From contig JBDZWC010000053.1 of the NCBI GenBank assembly GCA_040256005.1, forward strand, positions 3,202 through 18,572: a stretch of DNA of 15,371 bases. Reading direction: 5' to 3'. The notes beneath the pieces are model-generated. The model ran no database searches. It worked only from the letters and a program-made list of their open reading frames with translations, and was not told the origin of the DNA. Each line of letters opens with the position of its first letter. The first letter of the stretch is position 1. This document shows positions 6,795 to 15,371 of this stretch, piece by piece. This DNA comes from Deinococcaceae bacterium (lineage in GTDB: Bacteria > Deinococcota > Deinococci > Deinococcales > Trueperaceae). The position numbers and the translations under genes were made by a program.

Positions 6795-8231
6795 GTGCGC
6801 AACATCCAGGCACTGCTGGGCCCCTTAGCCGGCTCGCTCCTGGCGTTCCTGCTCTTCTGGCTGCTGTTCTCGTCGCCGGAGAGCGACCCCGTCCTGGCTG
6901 CACCCAAAACCCACTTCTGGATCGTCAGCGCCACGTCGCTTCTCGCCGTGGTACTGGCCGTCCTCGTCGGCGTGGCCGGCGCCCGCGCGCGCGACAGCAG
7001 GATCGTGTACCTGGCGGCTGGCTTCGCCAGCATGGCCGGCCTGTTCGCTCTCCACGGGTTGTCGACGCCGTTCATGATCCTGGGTCCCAACACGGTCACC
7101 CCCATCGCCTCGCAGCTCGCGCTGGTCGCGTTCGCGGCGTCCATGGTCGCTGCAGCCTTCCTGCGTCCCGTCGAGGCGCGCGGCCCGCTGCTGCGCCTGC
7201 TGGCCGCGTGGGTCGGGCTGATAGTCGTCTTCGACGTGACGCTGATGCTCTGGCCAGGGTTTGCGCGGTTCGTACCCGTGCACCTCGCACCCCTCAAGAA
7301 CGGCGTCGCAGCGATCGTGGTCGGCATGTTGGCGCTTGCCGGCGTGCGGTTCCTCGAGGGCTACCGGTTGTCGCGCTCGTCCATACACCTCGTCATGCTC
7401 CACGTAGTGGGCTGGGTGATGGTCTCGCAGCTGATCATGACGCTCGGTGAGACGTTCCACCTCTCGTGGTGGCTCTACCACTTCCTGCTGCTCCTGGCGG
7501 TGGGCGTCATGCTGGTGACGTTCGCTCGTCAGATGCGGGCCGGGCAGCTCAGTCGCAGCCTGCATGCCCTGCTGGACGACGATGCGGCGGACCGGCTGGC
7601 TTACGGCCTCCGTCCGGAGGTAAGGGCACTGGTGGTCGCGACGGAGGCCAAGGACCCGTACACGGCCGGGCACATGCAGCGCGTGGCCGACATGGCCGTG
7701 CGCATCGGCCGCTCGATGGGCCTCGCCCCCGAGGACCTGCGGATACTGGCACAGGCCGGGGTCGTGCACGATGTCGGCAAGATCGAGGTGCCCGACGCCG
7801 TTCTCAACAAGCCAGACCGGCTGGATGCGGCGGAACGTGAGCTCATCGAACAGCACCCCGCCACTGGCGAGCGCATCGGCCGTACCCTCGGCATGCACAA
7901 GAAGGAGCTGGAGGTAATCCGTCACCATCACGAACGGTGGGACGGCAAGGGCTACCCCGACGGGTTGGCGGGCGACAAGATCCCGCTCATGGCGCGGATC
8001 ATGGCCGTGGCTGACGTCTACGACGCCGTCACCTCGGCAAGGGCCTACCGCCCCGCCTGGAGCCAGGATGAGGCCCGTAAGCTCATACAACGCGAGTCGG
8101 GTGCCGCCTTCGACCCAACTGTCGCAGCTGCGGCCCACAAGCTCCTGGGACCTGGCACCGAGCATGCGGCAGGCGAACCCACCACCCGCATGACGCTCGT
8201 GCGCGAGGCATCAGCGGCGGGCACCGGCTGA
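6795..8231 (+). CDS. Membrane-anchored HD-GYP cyclic-dinucleotide phosphodiesterase
   Basis: About 8 hydrophobic segments in the first ~250 aa, then EAKDPYTAGHMQRVA, VHDVGKI.VPD.VLNKP.RL, HP..G, HHHERWDGKGYP.GL.G..IPL.ARI.AVADVYDA.TS.R.YR; the HD-GYP motif set is intact. Confidence 0.93.
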   Translation: MRNIQALLGPLAGSLLAFLLFWLLFSSPESDPVLAAPKTHFWIVSATSLLAVVLAVLVGVAGARARDSRIVYLAAGFASMAGLFALHGLSTPFMILGPNTVTPIASQLALVAFAASMVAAAFLRPVEARGPLLRLLAAWVGLIVVFDVTLMLWPGFARFVPVHLAPLKNGVAAIVVGMLALAGVRFLEGYRLSRSSIHLVMLHVVGWVMVSQLIMTLGETFHLSWWLYHFLLLLAVGVMLVTFARQMRAGQLSRSLHALLDDDAADRLAYGLRPEVRALVVATEAKDPYTAGHMQRVADMAVRIGRSMGLAPEDLRILAQAGVVHDVGKIEVPDAVLNKPDRLDAAERELIEQHPATGERIGRTLGMHKKELEVIRHHHERWDGKGYPDGLAGDKIPLMARIMAVADVYDAVTSARAYRPAWSQDEARKLIQRESGAAFDPTVAAAAHKLLGPGTEHAAGEPTTRMTLVREASAAGTG

Positions 8232-8271
8232 GGGGATTCGGGCCCAGCAGGCGTTCCGGGGCGGCCGTCAC

Positions 8272-9378
8272 TTACGACAACAGGATCCTCACGATGAACT
8301 GCTGGGCTCCGAACAGCAGCATGGGCAGCAGCACCGCCGTGACGAAGCCGCGGAAGAGGTTCGGGGACCAGGGCCAGGTGGAAGTCCGTTCCACCAGCGC
8401 CACCTCGCCGGCCAACGCCGCGACGGTCTCGTTCAGGGGTTTCACCTCGCCGAAGCGACCCTCCTCCACTAGCTTGTGCTGCTCCGCCAACACCGACTCC
8501 ATGAGCGTGGCGCAGTAGGCCAGCCTGTCGGCCTTGGCCACCGCCAGCCTGCGGTGCGCCCCCCAGAGCGGCAGGAAGAACAGGGCGAACGCGACAACCG
8601 TCATGATCAGGATGATCCCGATGTTCAAGCGGGCCACTGGTTGCGACTCCACGTTGGGGTAGGCGAGCAGCCACAGGTAGCAGAACAGGATGATGCCGAT
8701 GGACATGCGAGCCGAGAACCCCGCGAAAGCGTGGAAGCGGTTCGCGCCGAAGACGTCCACGACCACTGCCGGCGACCGGTAGAGCCGGTCCACGAGGATC
8801 ACCTGCCGCAGCGCGTGGTAGACGAACGCCCCGAGGGCTGCCCAACCGAAGACGGGCATGGCCAGCAGTTCCAGGTAGTAAAGCCAGCCCGCCGTGGCAA
8901 GGCCGAGCGATGACAGGTACGGATCGGTGAACGCGAAGCGCTGGAACAGACCCAAGCCGCTTCCCACGGCAAGCGCCACGGCGCAACCCAGCAGCGGCAT
9001 CGTCGTCAGCTCCTGGAGGCAACGGTCCAGCCAGGCGGTGTCATGGCCTTCGGCGAGTCGCAGGCGCCGCACCGCTCTGGCGGCGAACCTATCCAGATGG
9101 TCCATGAAGCCCAGCGCGAAGGGGGCGAGAGCGAGCCCCATGAGCAGGAACGGCCATACGGCCGCGTCGGCCCCGCTGGCGCTTCTGCCGACCGCCTCGA
9201 CGGCGACCAGCAGACCCCAGGCACCCACGTAGGTGAGCCAGGCTGGCCACGGCAGCGAGGTCACACGTGTCTGGAGCACGTCCACCCAGCTAGGCGCGAA
9301 CGGTAGTTGCTCAGAGCTGGCGGTGCCGCCGCTTACCGCGGTGGCCACGTCCAGTGATTGGCCCACCTTCAGCCGCAT
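8272..9378 (-). CDS. Polytopic membrane protein of unknown function
   Basis: 368-aa ORF with about 7 hydrophobic helices and a helical soluble segment before a C-terminal TWPW motif plus last helix. It fills the gap between the flanking genes. Start uncertain. Confidence 0.75.
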   Translation of the reverse strand: MRLKVGQSLDVATAVSGGTASSEQLPFAPSWVDVLQTRVTSLPWPAWLTYVGAWGLLVAVEAVGRSASGADAAVWPFLLMGLALAPFALGFMDHLDRFAARAVRRLRLAEGHDTAWLDRCLQELTTMPLLGCAVALAVGSGLGLFQRFAFTDPYLSSLGLATAGWLYYLELLAMPVFGWAALGAFVYHALRQVILVDRLYRSPAVVVDVFGANRFHAFAGFSARMSIGIILFCYLWLLAYPNVESQPVARLNIGIILIMTVVAFALFFLPLWGAHRRLAVAKADRLAYCATLMESVLAEQHKLVEEGRFGEVKPLNETVAALAGEVALVERTSTWPWSPNLFRGFVTAVLLPMLLFGAQQFIVRILLS

Positions 9379-9387
9379 GGCCGCTTC

Positions 9388-10392
9388 ATGTCCCAGGACA
9401 CGCCTGAATATAGTGGACGCTTGGCACGCTCCCCCACGAACCTGCTCGTCGGCCTGCTCATCGCCCTGGCTTCGGCCTGCGCGTTCGGCAGCTCAGGTGC
9501 GCTCGCCAAAGGGCTTCTCGCGGCGGGCTGGACTCCTGCGGCGGCCGTCGTGTGGCGTGTGACGTTGGGCGCCTTGGCGCTCCTCGTGCCCGCCGGCCTG
9601 GCCATGCGGGGCAGATGGCCGGCCCTGCGTCGCGGCTGGCGGAGCGTCGTGCTCTTCGGGCTCGTGGCGGTGGCCGGCTGTCAGCTCGCGTACTTCCAGG
9701 CCGTCGAACGCCTGTCGGTCGCCGTCGCGCTTCTGTTGGAGTTCTCCGGCGGGATCCTGCTGGTAGTGCTCTGGCTCTGGCTGCGCCGCGGTCGCCGTCC
9801 CCGCCGCCTGACGCTCCTCGGTTCTGCCATCGCCCTCGTGGGACTGACGCTGGTCGTGGACGTCTTCGGCGCGCTGGACGTAGACCTGATCGGCGTGCTG
9901 TGGGGACTGGCGGCCGCTCTCGGCATGGCCGCGTACTTCGTCATATCCGAGGACGAGAGCCATGGCCTGCCCACCATCGCCGTCGCTGCAGGCGGGCTGC
10001 TCGTGGGCGCCGTCGCGCTTCTGTTGGCCGGCGCTTGGGGAGTCATAGACATCGTCTGGCAGCCCTCCGCGGTCCAGCTGGCCGGCTGGTCGGTGCCCTG
10101 GTGGACGGGCGTACTGGCTCTCAGCCTGTTCGCAGCAGCTTTCGCCTACGGGTCGGGCGTGGCCGCCGTGCGGCGCCTCGGATCCAAGCTGGCCTCGTTC
10201 GTCGCTTTGTCGGAGGTCGTCTTCGCCGTCGGCTGGGCCTGGCTCCTGCTCGCAGAGGTTCCAGCGCCGGTCCAGCTGTTGGGAGGAGCCTTCATCGTGG
10301 TCGGCGCGATAGTCGTGAGGCTCGATTCGGAGAAGTCCGACGGAAGTGGGGTCTCCTCCGCCGCGATTGCCGAAGTAGCGGTCGGGGACTGA
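9388..10392 (+). CDS. EamA/DMT-family transporter (RhtA-like)
   Basis: About 10 TM helices in two repeats: SACAFGSSG..AK, QLAYFQAVERLSVAVALLLEF, LAAALGMAAYF, AVRRLGSKLASFVALSEVVFA..WAWLLL.E....QLLGGA.IV.G. Start is ATG 9388 or TTG 9421. Confidence 0.9.
   Translation: MSQDTPEYSGRLARSPTNLLVGLLIALASACAFGSSGALAKGLLAAGWTPAAAVVWRVTLGALALLVPAGLAMRGRWPALRRGWRSVVLFGLVAVAGCQLAYFQAVERLSVAVALLLEFSGGILLVVLWLWLRRGRRPRRLTLLGSAIALVGLTLVVDVFGALDVDLIGVLWGLAAALGMAAYFVISEDESHGLPTIAVAAGGLLVGAVALLLAGAWGVIDIVWQPSAVQLAGWSVPWWTGVLALSLFAAAFAYGSGVAAVRRLGSKLASFVALSEVVFAVGWAWLLLAEVPAPVQLLGGAFIVVGAIVVRLDSEKSDGSGVSSAAIAEVAVGD
9407..9414. promoter_or_regulatory. Overlapping divergent -10 boxes (TATAGT on +, TATATT on -)
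   Basis: AATATAGT is the only AT-rich patch at the divergent junction: TATAGT at 9409-9414 (+) and TATATT at 9412-9407 (-). Confidence 0.5.
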
Positions 10393-10406
10393 GCCCGAAC
10401 CGGTCG

Positions 10407-11273
10407 TCAGCCGGCGCACCCTAGCCAGGCCAGGACCTCCCAGCCGTGCCGCTCGAAGTCCTCGTCCCCGTGCTCCCGCGCCCATGTCACCGTCGACAGC
10501 GCGCCCAACGCCGCCATGCCGGCGAGCAACGCCTCGGCCTCGGGGGTGAAGCCGGTCCCGTAGCCCGCCAGGAACGCCTCGCGCAGGTCGGGTCTTTGCC
10601 GCCACGGCCCGGTCCAGAGCCGCTCGAGATCGACCCAGCGCCAATCCGGCCGCGAGTGCTCGAAGTCGATTACGGTCACACCGCCCTGTGCGTCCACGAG
10701 CCAGTTCCTCGCAGTGAAGTCCCGGTGACACCTGACGCGTCTCGCACCCGCCAGTGCAGGCAATGCGGCCGAGACCCGTTCCTTCACCTTGGCCGCCACT
10801 GAGCCCGACACGATGCCTTCGGACCTGGCCAACCAGGCCTCAAGGCGCTGCCGAAAGGCATCCTCCAAGGGCAGATCATCCGGGTCATCGAACGGCAGGT
10901 CGTGGAGCGCCCGCAGGAAGCGGCCGGCCAGCCGGTGTACGCGCCTCTCCGCATCTACCGGCAAGACGACGTCCTCCGCCGGATCGCCCGGCTCGAAGGT
11001 GAGGACGAGTACGCGGTGGCTCTCGTCGGCTGCCAGGAGTTCGGGCGTCCTCACCTCTCGTGGCAAAGCCGGCTGCAAGCGTGGGAGCCAGTCGCTGTAG
11101 GCCGTGTACTCCTGCTCGAACTTCCGCCGCTGACGGTGCGCTTTCACGACCACGGTGCGGCGACTTCCCTCGATCACCCACACGGTCGACTCTGCGTGCT
11201 CCCACGAGACGTCGCGTACGTTCCGCACGTCGCCGACGATCGGGAGAGCCGTCTCCAACAGGCGTCCCGGCAC
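10407..11273 (-). CDS. Aminoglycoside phosphotransferase / choline kinase-like (APH family) protein
   Basis: VVVK, E..AY, TPELL, LRALH, Brenner motif HRDFTARNWLV, IDFE and W.DL.RL. Substrate unknown; not evidence of antibiotic resistance. Confidence 0.88.
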   Translation of the reverse strand: MPGRLLETALPIVGDVRNVRDVSWEHAESTVWVIEGSRRTVVVKAHRQRRKFEQEYTAYSDWLPRLQPALPREVRTPELLAADESHRVLVLTFEPGDPAEDVVLPVDAERRVHRLAGRFLRALHDLPFDDPDDLPLEDAFRQRLEAWLARSEGIVSGSVAAKVKERVSAALPALAGARRVRCHRDFTARNWLVDAQGGVTVIDFEHSRPDWRWVDLERLWTGPWRQRPDLREAFLAGYGTGFTPEAEALLAGMAALGALSTVTWAREHGDEDFERHGWEVLAWLGCAG

Positions 11274-11281
11274 GGACGGTC

Positions 11282-11290
11282 AAGCTAGCA
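11282..11290 (-). promoter_or_regulatory. Extended -10 (TGcTAGCTT), probable leaderless promoter of the kinase gene
   Basis: TG-C-TAGCTT ends 8 nt before GTG 11273. Confidence 0.55.
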
Positions 11291-11347
11291 CGTCGTTCGC
11301 CGGGAAGCCCTGACTATGCTCGTTCGCGACCTTGTCAGGAGGTGCCC

Positions 11348-11716
11348 ATGATCACTGGCCTGCATCACGTGGTCCTGTTCTGCAGAGACACCGAGGCGTC
11401 GCGTTCGTGGTACGAGCGCGCCGGCTTCGACTACCTACGCGGCTATGACGGCATGCATTGGTTCAAGCTCGGCGACGCCGAGGTCATGCTGCACCCAGGC
11501 GGCCAGGGCACGACTCCGGGCGCGCCGGTCCTGCACGCAGCCGTCAGCGACGTGAAGGCCGCCTTCGCGCGCGCGAGGGAGCAGGGCCTCACACCGCTCG
11601 ATCATCAGGCGCCGGCAGCGCGACTCGATGGCCCGGTGGTCCGGCCGTGGGGTGACGAGGAGTTCGAGCTCCAGGACCCCGACGGACAGTGGTGGGCGTT
11701 CACGCAACGGACCTGA
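11348..11716 (+). CDS. VOC (glyoxalase/bleomycin-resistance) family protein, 122 aa
   Basis: AGGAGG at 11337-11342 before ATG 11348 and TATGCT at 11315-11320. Motifs ITGLHHVVL.C.D...S..WY...GF and PWG..EF.LQDPDG..W.F. Confidence 0.9.
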   Translation: MITGLHHVVLFCRDTEASRSWYERAGFDYLRGYDGMHWFKLGDAEVMLHPGGQGTTPGAPVLHAAVSDVKAAFARAREQGLTPLDHQAPAARLDGPVVRPWGDEEFELQDPDGQWWAFTQRT

Positions 11717-11788
11717 GGGCAACAGGCGAAGCGCAGCCGAGGGCGCCGCCGACTGCTGGCTGGGCAAGACGGATGTTGGCGATCGACA

Positions 11789-12727
11789 TCACAGGAGCGC
11801 CACCCGGCGGTCCCCGAGCATGGCCAGATACCCCGTGCCAGTCTGGCCGCCTTCCCTTGCGTCTGGGGCGAGGGGCTCCGCCTGCATTCCCGTGCCCGGT
11901 CTGCCGGCGAACTCGAGCACCGCGGCCGCGACAGCCTCTGGCTGCTGGACGCCCAGATCGTGCGAAGCGCCAGGGATCACTCGCAGCTCGCCCCACGGCA
12001 GCAGGTCCATCACCTGGCCGGCGCCCTCCCGAGACAGGACGTCGCTGTGCTCGCCCCGCACGACCAGCGTCGGCACGGGCACGTTGCGCAGAGCGGCGGC
12101 GACGCCGTCAGGCTCCGCACCCTCCCGCAGGAACTGCATCAGTCCCGCGGCGTCGAAGCGCCACCGGTAGAGCCCGTCCCGGCCCCGTTGCAGGCCATGG
12201 TCGACGTAGTTTTGGACGAGGTCGGGGCGGGCGAAAGGGTCGCCCATCAGCCACTCGGCCGTCGCAAGGTCCGGGCTGTGATAGGCCTGCTGCCCCAGGA
12301 ACTGAAGGGCCGTCGCGACCCGCGCGGCCACGGGGCCGCCGAGGCTCGCCGGTCCTATGTCCAGCACGACCAGACGAGCGAAGCGCCTCGGCTGGCTAGC
12401 TACGGCGAACACCCCCGCGAGCCCGCCCATCGAGTGACCCACGAGAGTCACGTCCCAGAGGTCGAGGGCCTGCGCGAACCCCGCGGCGTCCTCACCCATC
12501 TGCCTCGCCGTCATCGGCGGCGACCAGTCGGTGCGGCCATGGCCCCTCTGGTCCGGCGCGTAGACGCGGAACCGCTGGACGAGGCGGTCTATGGCCGTGT
12601 CCCACTCCCAAGCGTTGCCCATGATCCCGTGCAGCAGTAGGAGCGGCGGCGCGTTCTTGGGGCCCAGAACCCGGTAGTGCATCCCCAGGCCGTTCACGTT
12701 CACGTACTTGCTTCCGATCTCGTACAT
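11789..12727 (-). CDS. Alpha/beta-fold hydrolase
   Basis: LLLLHG, APDQRGHG.T, nucleophile elbow GHSMGG, PTLVVRGEHSD, catalytic His in GASHD; GGAGGTG RBS upstream. Confidence 0.93.
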   Translation of the reverse strand: MYEIGSKYVNVNGLGMHYRVLGPKNAPPLLLLHGIMGNAWEWDTAIDRLVQRFRVYAPDQRGHGRTDWSPPMTARQMGEDAAGFAQALDLWDVTLVGHSMGGLAGVFAVASQPRRFARLVVLDIGPASLGGPVAARVATALQFLGQQAYHSPDLATAEWLMGDPFARPDLVQNYVDHGLQRGRDGLYRWRFDAAGLMQFLREGAEPDGVAAALRNVPVPTLVVRGEHSDVLSREGAGQVMDLLPWGELRVIPGASHDLGVQQPEAVAAAVLEFAGRPGTGMQAEPLAPDAREGGQTGTGYLAMLGDRRVALL

Positions 12728-12784
12728 CGCTCACCTCCGCGGAGGCCGGTGGCCGGCTCGTGACTGCTCGCCCATCGCCCGACC

Positions 12785-12800
12785 GACCAACCAGTCGGTC
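12785..12800. promoter_or_regulatory. Putative TetR operator O1 (GACCAACCAGTCGGTC)
   Basis: Imperfect palindrome, one mismatch from the reverse complement of O2; lies at the predicted transcription start of the hydrolase gene. Confidence 0.75.
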
Positions 12801-12804
12801 TACA

Positions 12805-12834
12805 ACACTAGCGACCGACTAGTTGGTCTGTCAA
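12805..12834 (-). promoter_or_regulatory. Sigma70-type promoter for the hydrolase: TTGACA-18 nt-TAGTGT
   Basis: Perfect TTGACA at 12834-12829 and TAGTGT at 12810-12805 on the minus strand. Confidence 0.75.
12813..12828. promoter_or_regulatory. Putative TetR operator O2 (GACCGACTAGTTGGTC)
   Basis: 16-bp near-perfect palindrome filling the -35/-10 spacer of the hydrolase promoter. Confidence 0.8.
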
Positions 12835-12836
12835 CA

Positions 12837-12845
12837 TGCTAGGCT
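12837..12845 (+). promoter_or_regulatory. Extended -10 (TGcTAGGCT), probable leaderless promoter of the TetR gene
   Basis: TG-C-TAGGCT ends 5 nt before ATG 12851. Confidence 0.6.
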
Positions 12846-12850
12846 GAGGC

Positions 12851-13462
12851 ATGTCAGTGGAGACACCGGTGAGGGACCGCATCGTCGCCGCGGCCCGCAG
12901 GCTCGTGACCGAGCGGGGCTTCGCGGCGACCACCGTGGACGCCGTCCTCGAGGTGGCGAGGGCCTCAAAGGGTGCGTTCTTCCACCACTTCCCCACCAAG
13001 GCGGACCTCGGCCGGGCGATCGTCGAAGATTACGTGGCCGACGACACGGCTTTGCTGGACCGGCTGATCGCCGAGGGCGAGTCGCGCTCCAGCGATCAGG
13101 CAGAGGTACTGCTGTACGTCACTCGCAGCATCGAGACCATCAGCGCTGTCCCCCTCGATGAGCAGCCCTCCTGCTTGATGGTCACCTTCATCTACGAGAA
13201 CCAGCTGGACGTAGCAGGGATCGGCGAGCCGGTGACACGCTCTATCGAACACTGGCGCACGAGGATCTCCGAGTTGCTGACACGCGCCGCCCGCACCAGG
13301 AGATCGTTGCGTCGGGAGGACATCCCGGCGATCGCCGACCACTTCTTCGTGACCATCGAAGGGGCGTTCCTGCTGGCGCGCGCGACCGGTGACGCGTCGG
13401 TGCTCAGCCGCCAGGTAGGTCAGCTACGGCGCTACCTCGAACTGCTGCTGGCCAAACGCTAG
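12851..13462 (+). CDS. TetR/AcrR-family regulator (NemR-like)
   Basis: HTH: RDRIVAAARRL..ERGFAATTVD.V....ASKGAFFHHFPTKADL. C-terminal domain has SCLM (compare GCL of NemR-like proteins) and IEGAFLLAR. Confidence 0.93.
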   Translation: MSVETPVRDRIVAAARRLVTERGFAATTVDAVLEVARASKGAFFHHFPTKADLGRAIVEDYVADDTALLDRLIAEGESRSSDQAEVLLYVTRSIETISAVPLDEQPSCLMVTFIYENQLDVAGIGEPVTRSIEHWRTRISELLTRAARTRRSLRREDIPAIADHFFVTIEGAFLLARATGDASVLSRQVGQLRRYLELLLAKR

Positions 13463-13493
13463 GAGAGCCGTATGGAACACAAGTGGAGCATGA

Positions 13494-14458
13494 TCACGTC
13501 AGCTGCGGTAGCACGCGTTCGCCGAACGCCGCGATGAACCTCTCCTGCTCGCGGTTCACGTTGTGGACGTAGATGCGGTCGAAGCCCAACTCCAGGTCGG
13601 CGGCCAGCCAGGCGGCGTGGCGGTACGGGTCGGAAGAGACACGCACCGCCCTCGCAACGTCCTCCGGCCTCACCAGCTTGGCCGCCTGTTCGAACTGAGC
13701 GACGGTGCCCAAGTTGCCGACTACCTCCGTGCCGAGAACGTTGGTGCGCCACTGGTCGTGGGCCCCCTTGAGAGCCTCCGCGTCGGTCCGGGCGAAGCTG
13801 TGCTTGGCTTGTAGGAAGACCGGTTTGCCGGCCCCACCGGCGTCGACGAAGGCTTCCAGCACCCCTCCGTGGCGTTCGTTCTCCTGCGAGACGGTGATGA
13901 GGCCGTCGACCCAAGGCGCCATCCAAGCGGCGGTCTCCGCCGTGATCGCGGCGCCCAGGAGTAGCGGTGGCTCCGGCGGCAACGTATGCAGCTTGGCCTC
14001 CACGACGTTGAAGAACCGACCTAGAAGGTCCACCTGCTCCCCCGCCCACAGAGCCCTGATGACGTCGACCGCCTCGCGGAGGCGCTCGTTGCGCATGCGT
14101 TTGGAGGGCCACTCGCCACCGACCACGCGCTCGTTGAGGTACTCGCCGCTACCGAACGCAACCCACACCCGCCCGTGGAACATCTCGGCCAGCGTCGCGA
14201 ACGCCTGGGCGACGATCGCAGGGTGGTAGCGGTGCACGGGCGCGCACACCGCACCGTAGGAGAGGCCCGTGGCCTGCAACGCCGCACCCAGCCAGGCCCA
14301 TGCGAAACCGGACTCGCCCTGCCCCTCGCTCCACGGCAGGAAGTGGTCCGAGCACATCGCGCCTGCGAACCCTGCAGCCTCGGCCGCCCGGCACCAACGC
14401 AGGAGGCTGCTCGGAGGGAACTGCTCGTGCGAGGCGTGGTAGCCGACGAACGTGTCGC

Positions 14459-14462
<4 letters not shown>
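13494..14462 (-). CDS. LLM-class flavin-dependent oxidoreductase (TIGR03885-like, non-F420)
   Basis: GYHASHEQF.PS.LL, SDHF.PWSEGQGESGFAWAWLGAALQAT, RYHPAIVAQAFATL..MF.GR, GSGE.LNE, RL.EAVDVIRALW.GE, IYVHNVNREQ.RFI..FGE.VLP. GTG start overlaps the upstream stop (GTGA). Confidence 0.9.

Positions 14463-15371
<909 letters not shown>

Noticed and set aside
6825..8165. 446-aa antisense ORF over the HD-GYP gene
   Set aside because: Shadow ORF typical of high-GC coding DNA; no motifs, while the + strand gene has a full motif set.
9493..10731. 412-aa minus-strand ORF and other long Arg/Gly/Pro-rich alternative-frame ORFs
   Set aside because: Low-complexity off-frame translations overlapping well-supported genes.
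10407..11273. Calling the kinase an antibiotic-resistance gene
   Set aside because: Only fold-level motifs are visible; most members of the family have other substrates.
11060..11347. Upstream extension of the VOC ORF
   Set aside because: Overlaps the kinase gene; the RBS and domain start point to ATG 11348.
11717..11788. Intrinsic terminator between the convergent VOC and hydrolase genes
   Set aside because: Only a weak CAGCC/GGCTG stem with a long loop and no U-tract on either strand.

Overview
GC-rich bacterial window with 14 tightly packed protein-coding genes (one cut by the right edge) and one gene fragment. The host is probably Deinococcota (Trueperaceae-like); this is an inference from the protein families and from TANNNT -10 boxes sitting directly in front of start codons. 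Order: truncated hicB-like fragment (+), large wHTH-BTAD-STAND ATPase-TPR regulator of AfsR/SARP type (-), intact HicB-HTH gene with no hicA nearby (+), HEAT-repeat protein (-), exported two-domain rhodanese (+), DinB-family protein (-), uncharacterised lipoprotein (-), membrane HD-GYP phosphodiesterase (+), unknown membrane protein (-), EamA transporter (+), APH-family kinase (-), VOC protein (+), alpha/beta hydrolase (-) divergent from a NemR-like TetR (+), TIGR03885-like LLM oxidoreductase (-) and a partial TreS-like GH13 gene (-). The most unusual structure is a direct repeat of at least 97 bp (1-97 vs 2982-3078, 91/97 identical, first 55 bp perfect). It is made of hicB coding sequence and brackets the STAND regulator as a 2981-bp unit. 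The TetR/hydrolase spacer holds two clear operators on a near-consensus promoter. I saw no RNA genes, CRISPR arrays, integrases or transposases. No novel system can be proven from this sequence; the STAND/hicB unit is the best candidate.
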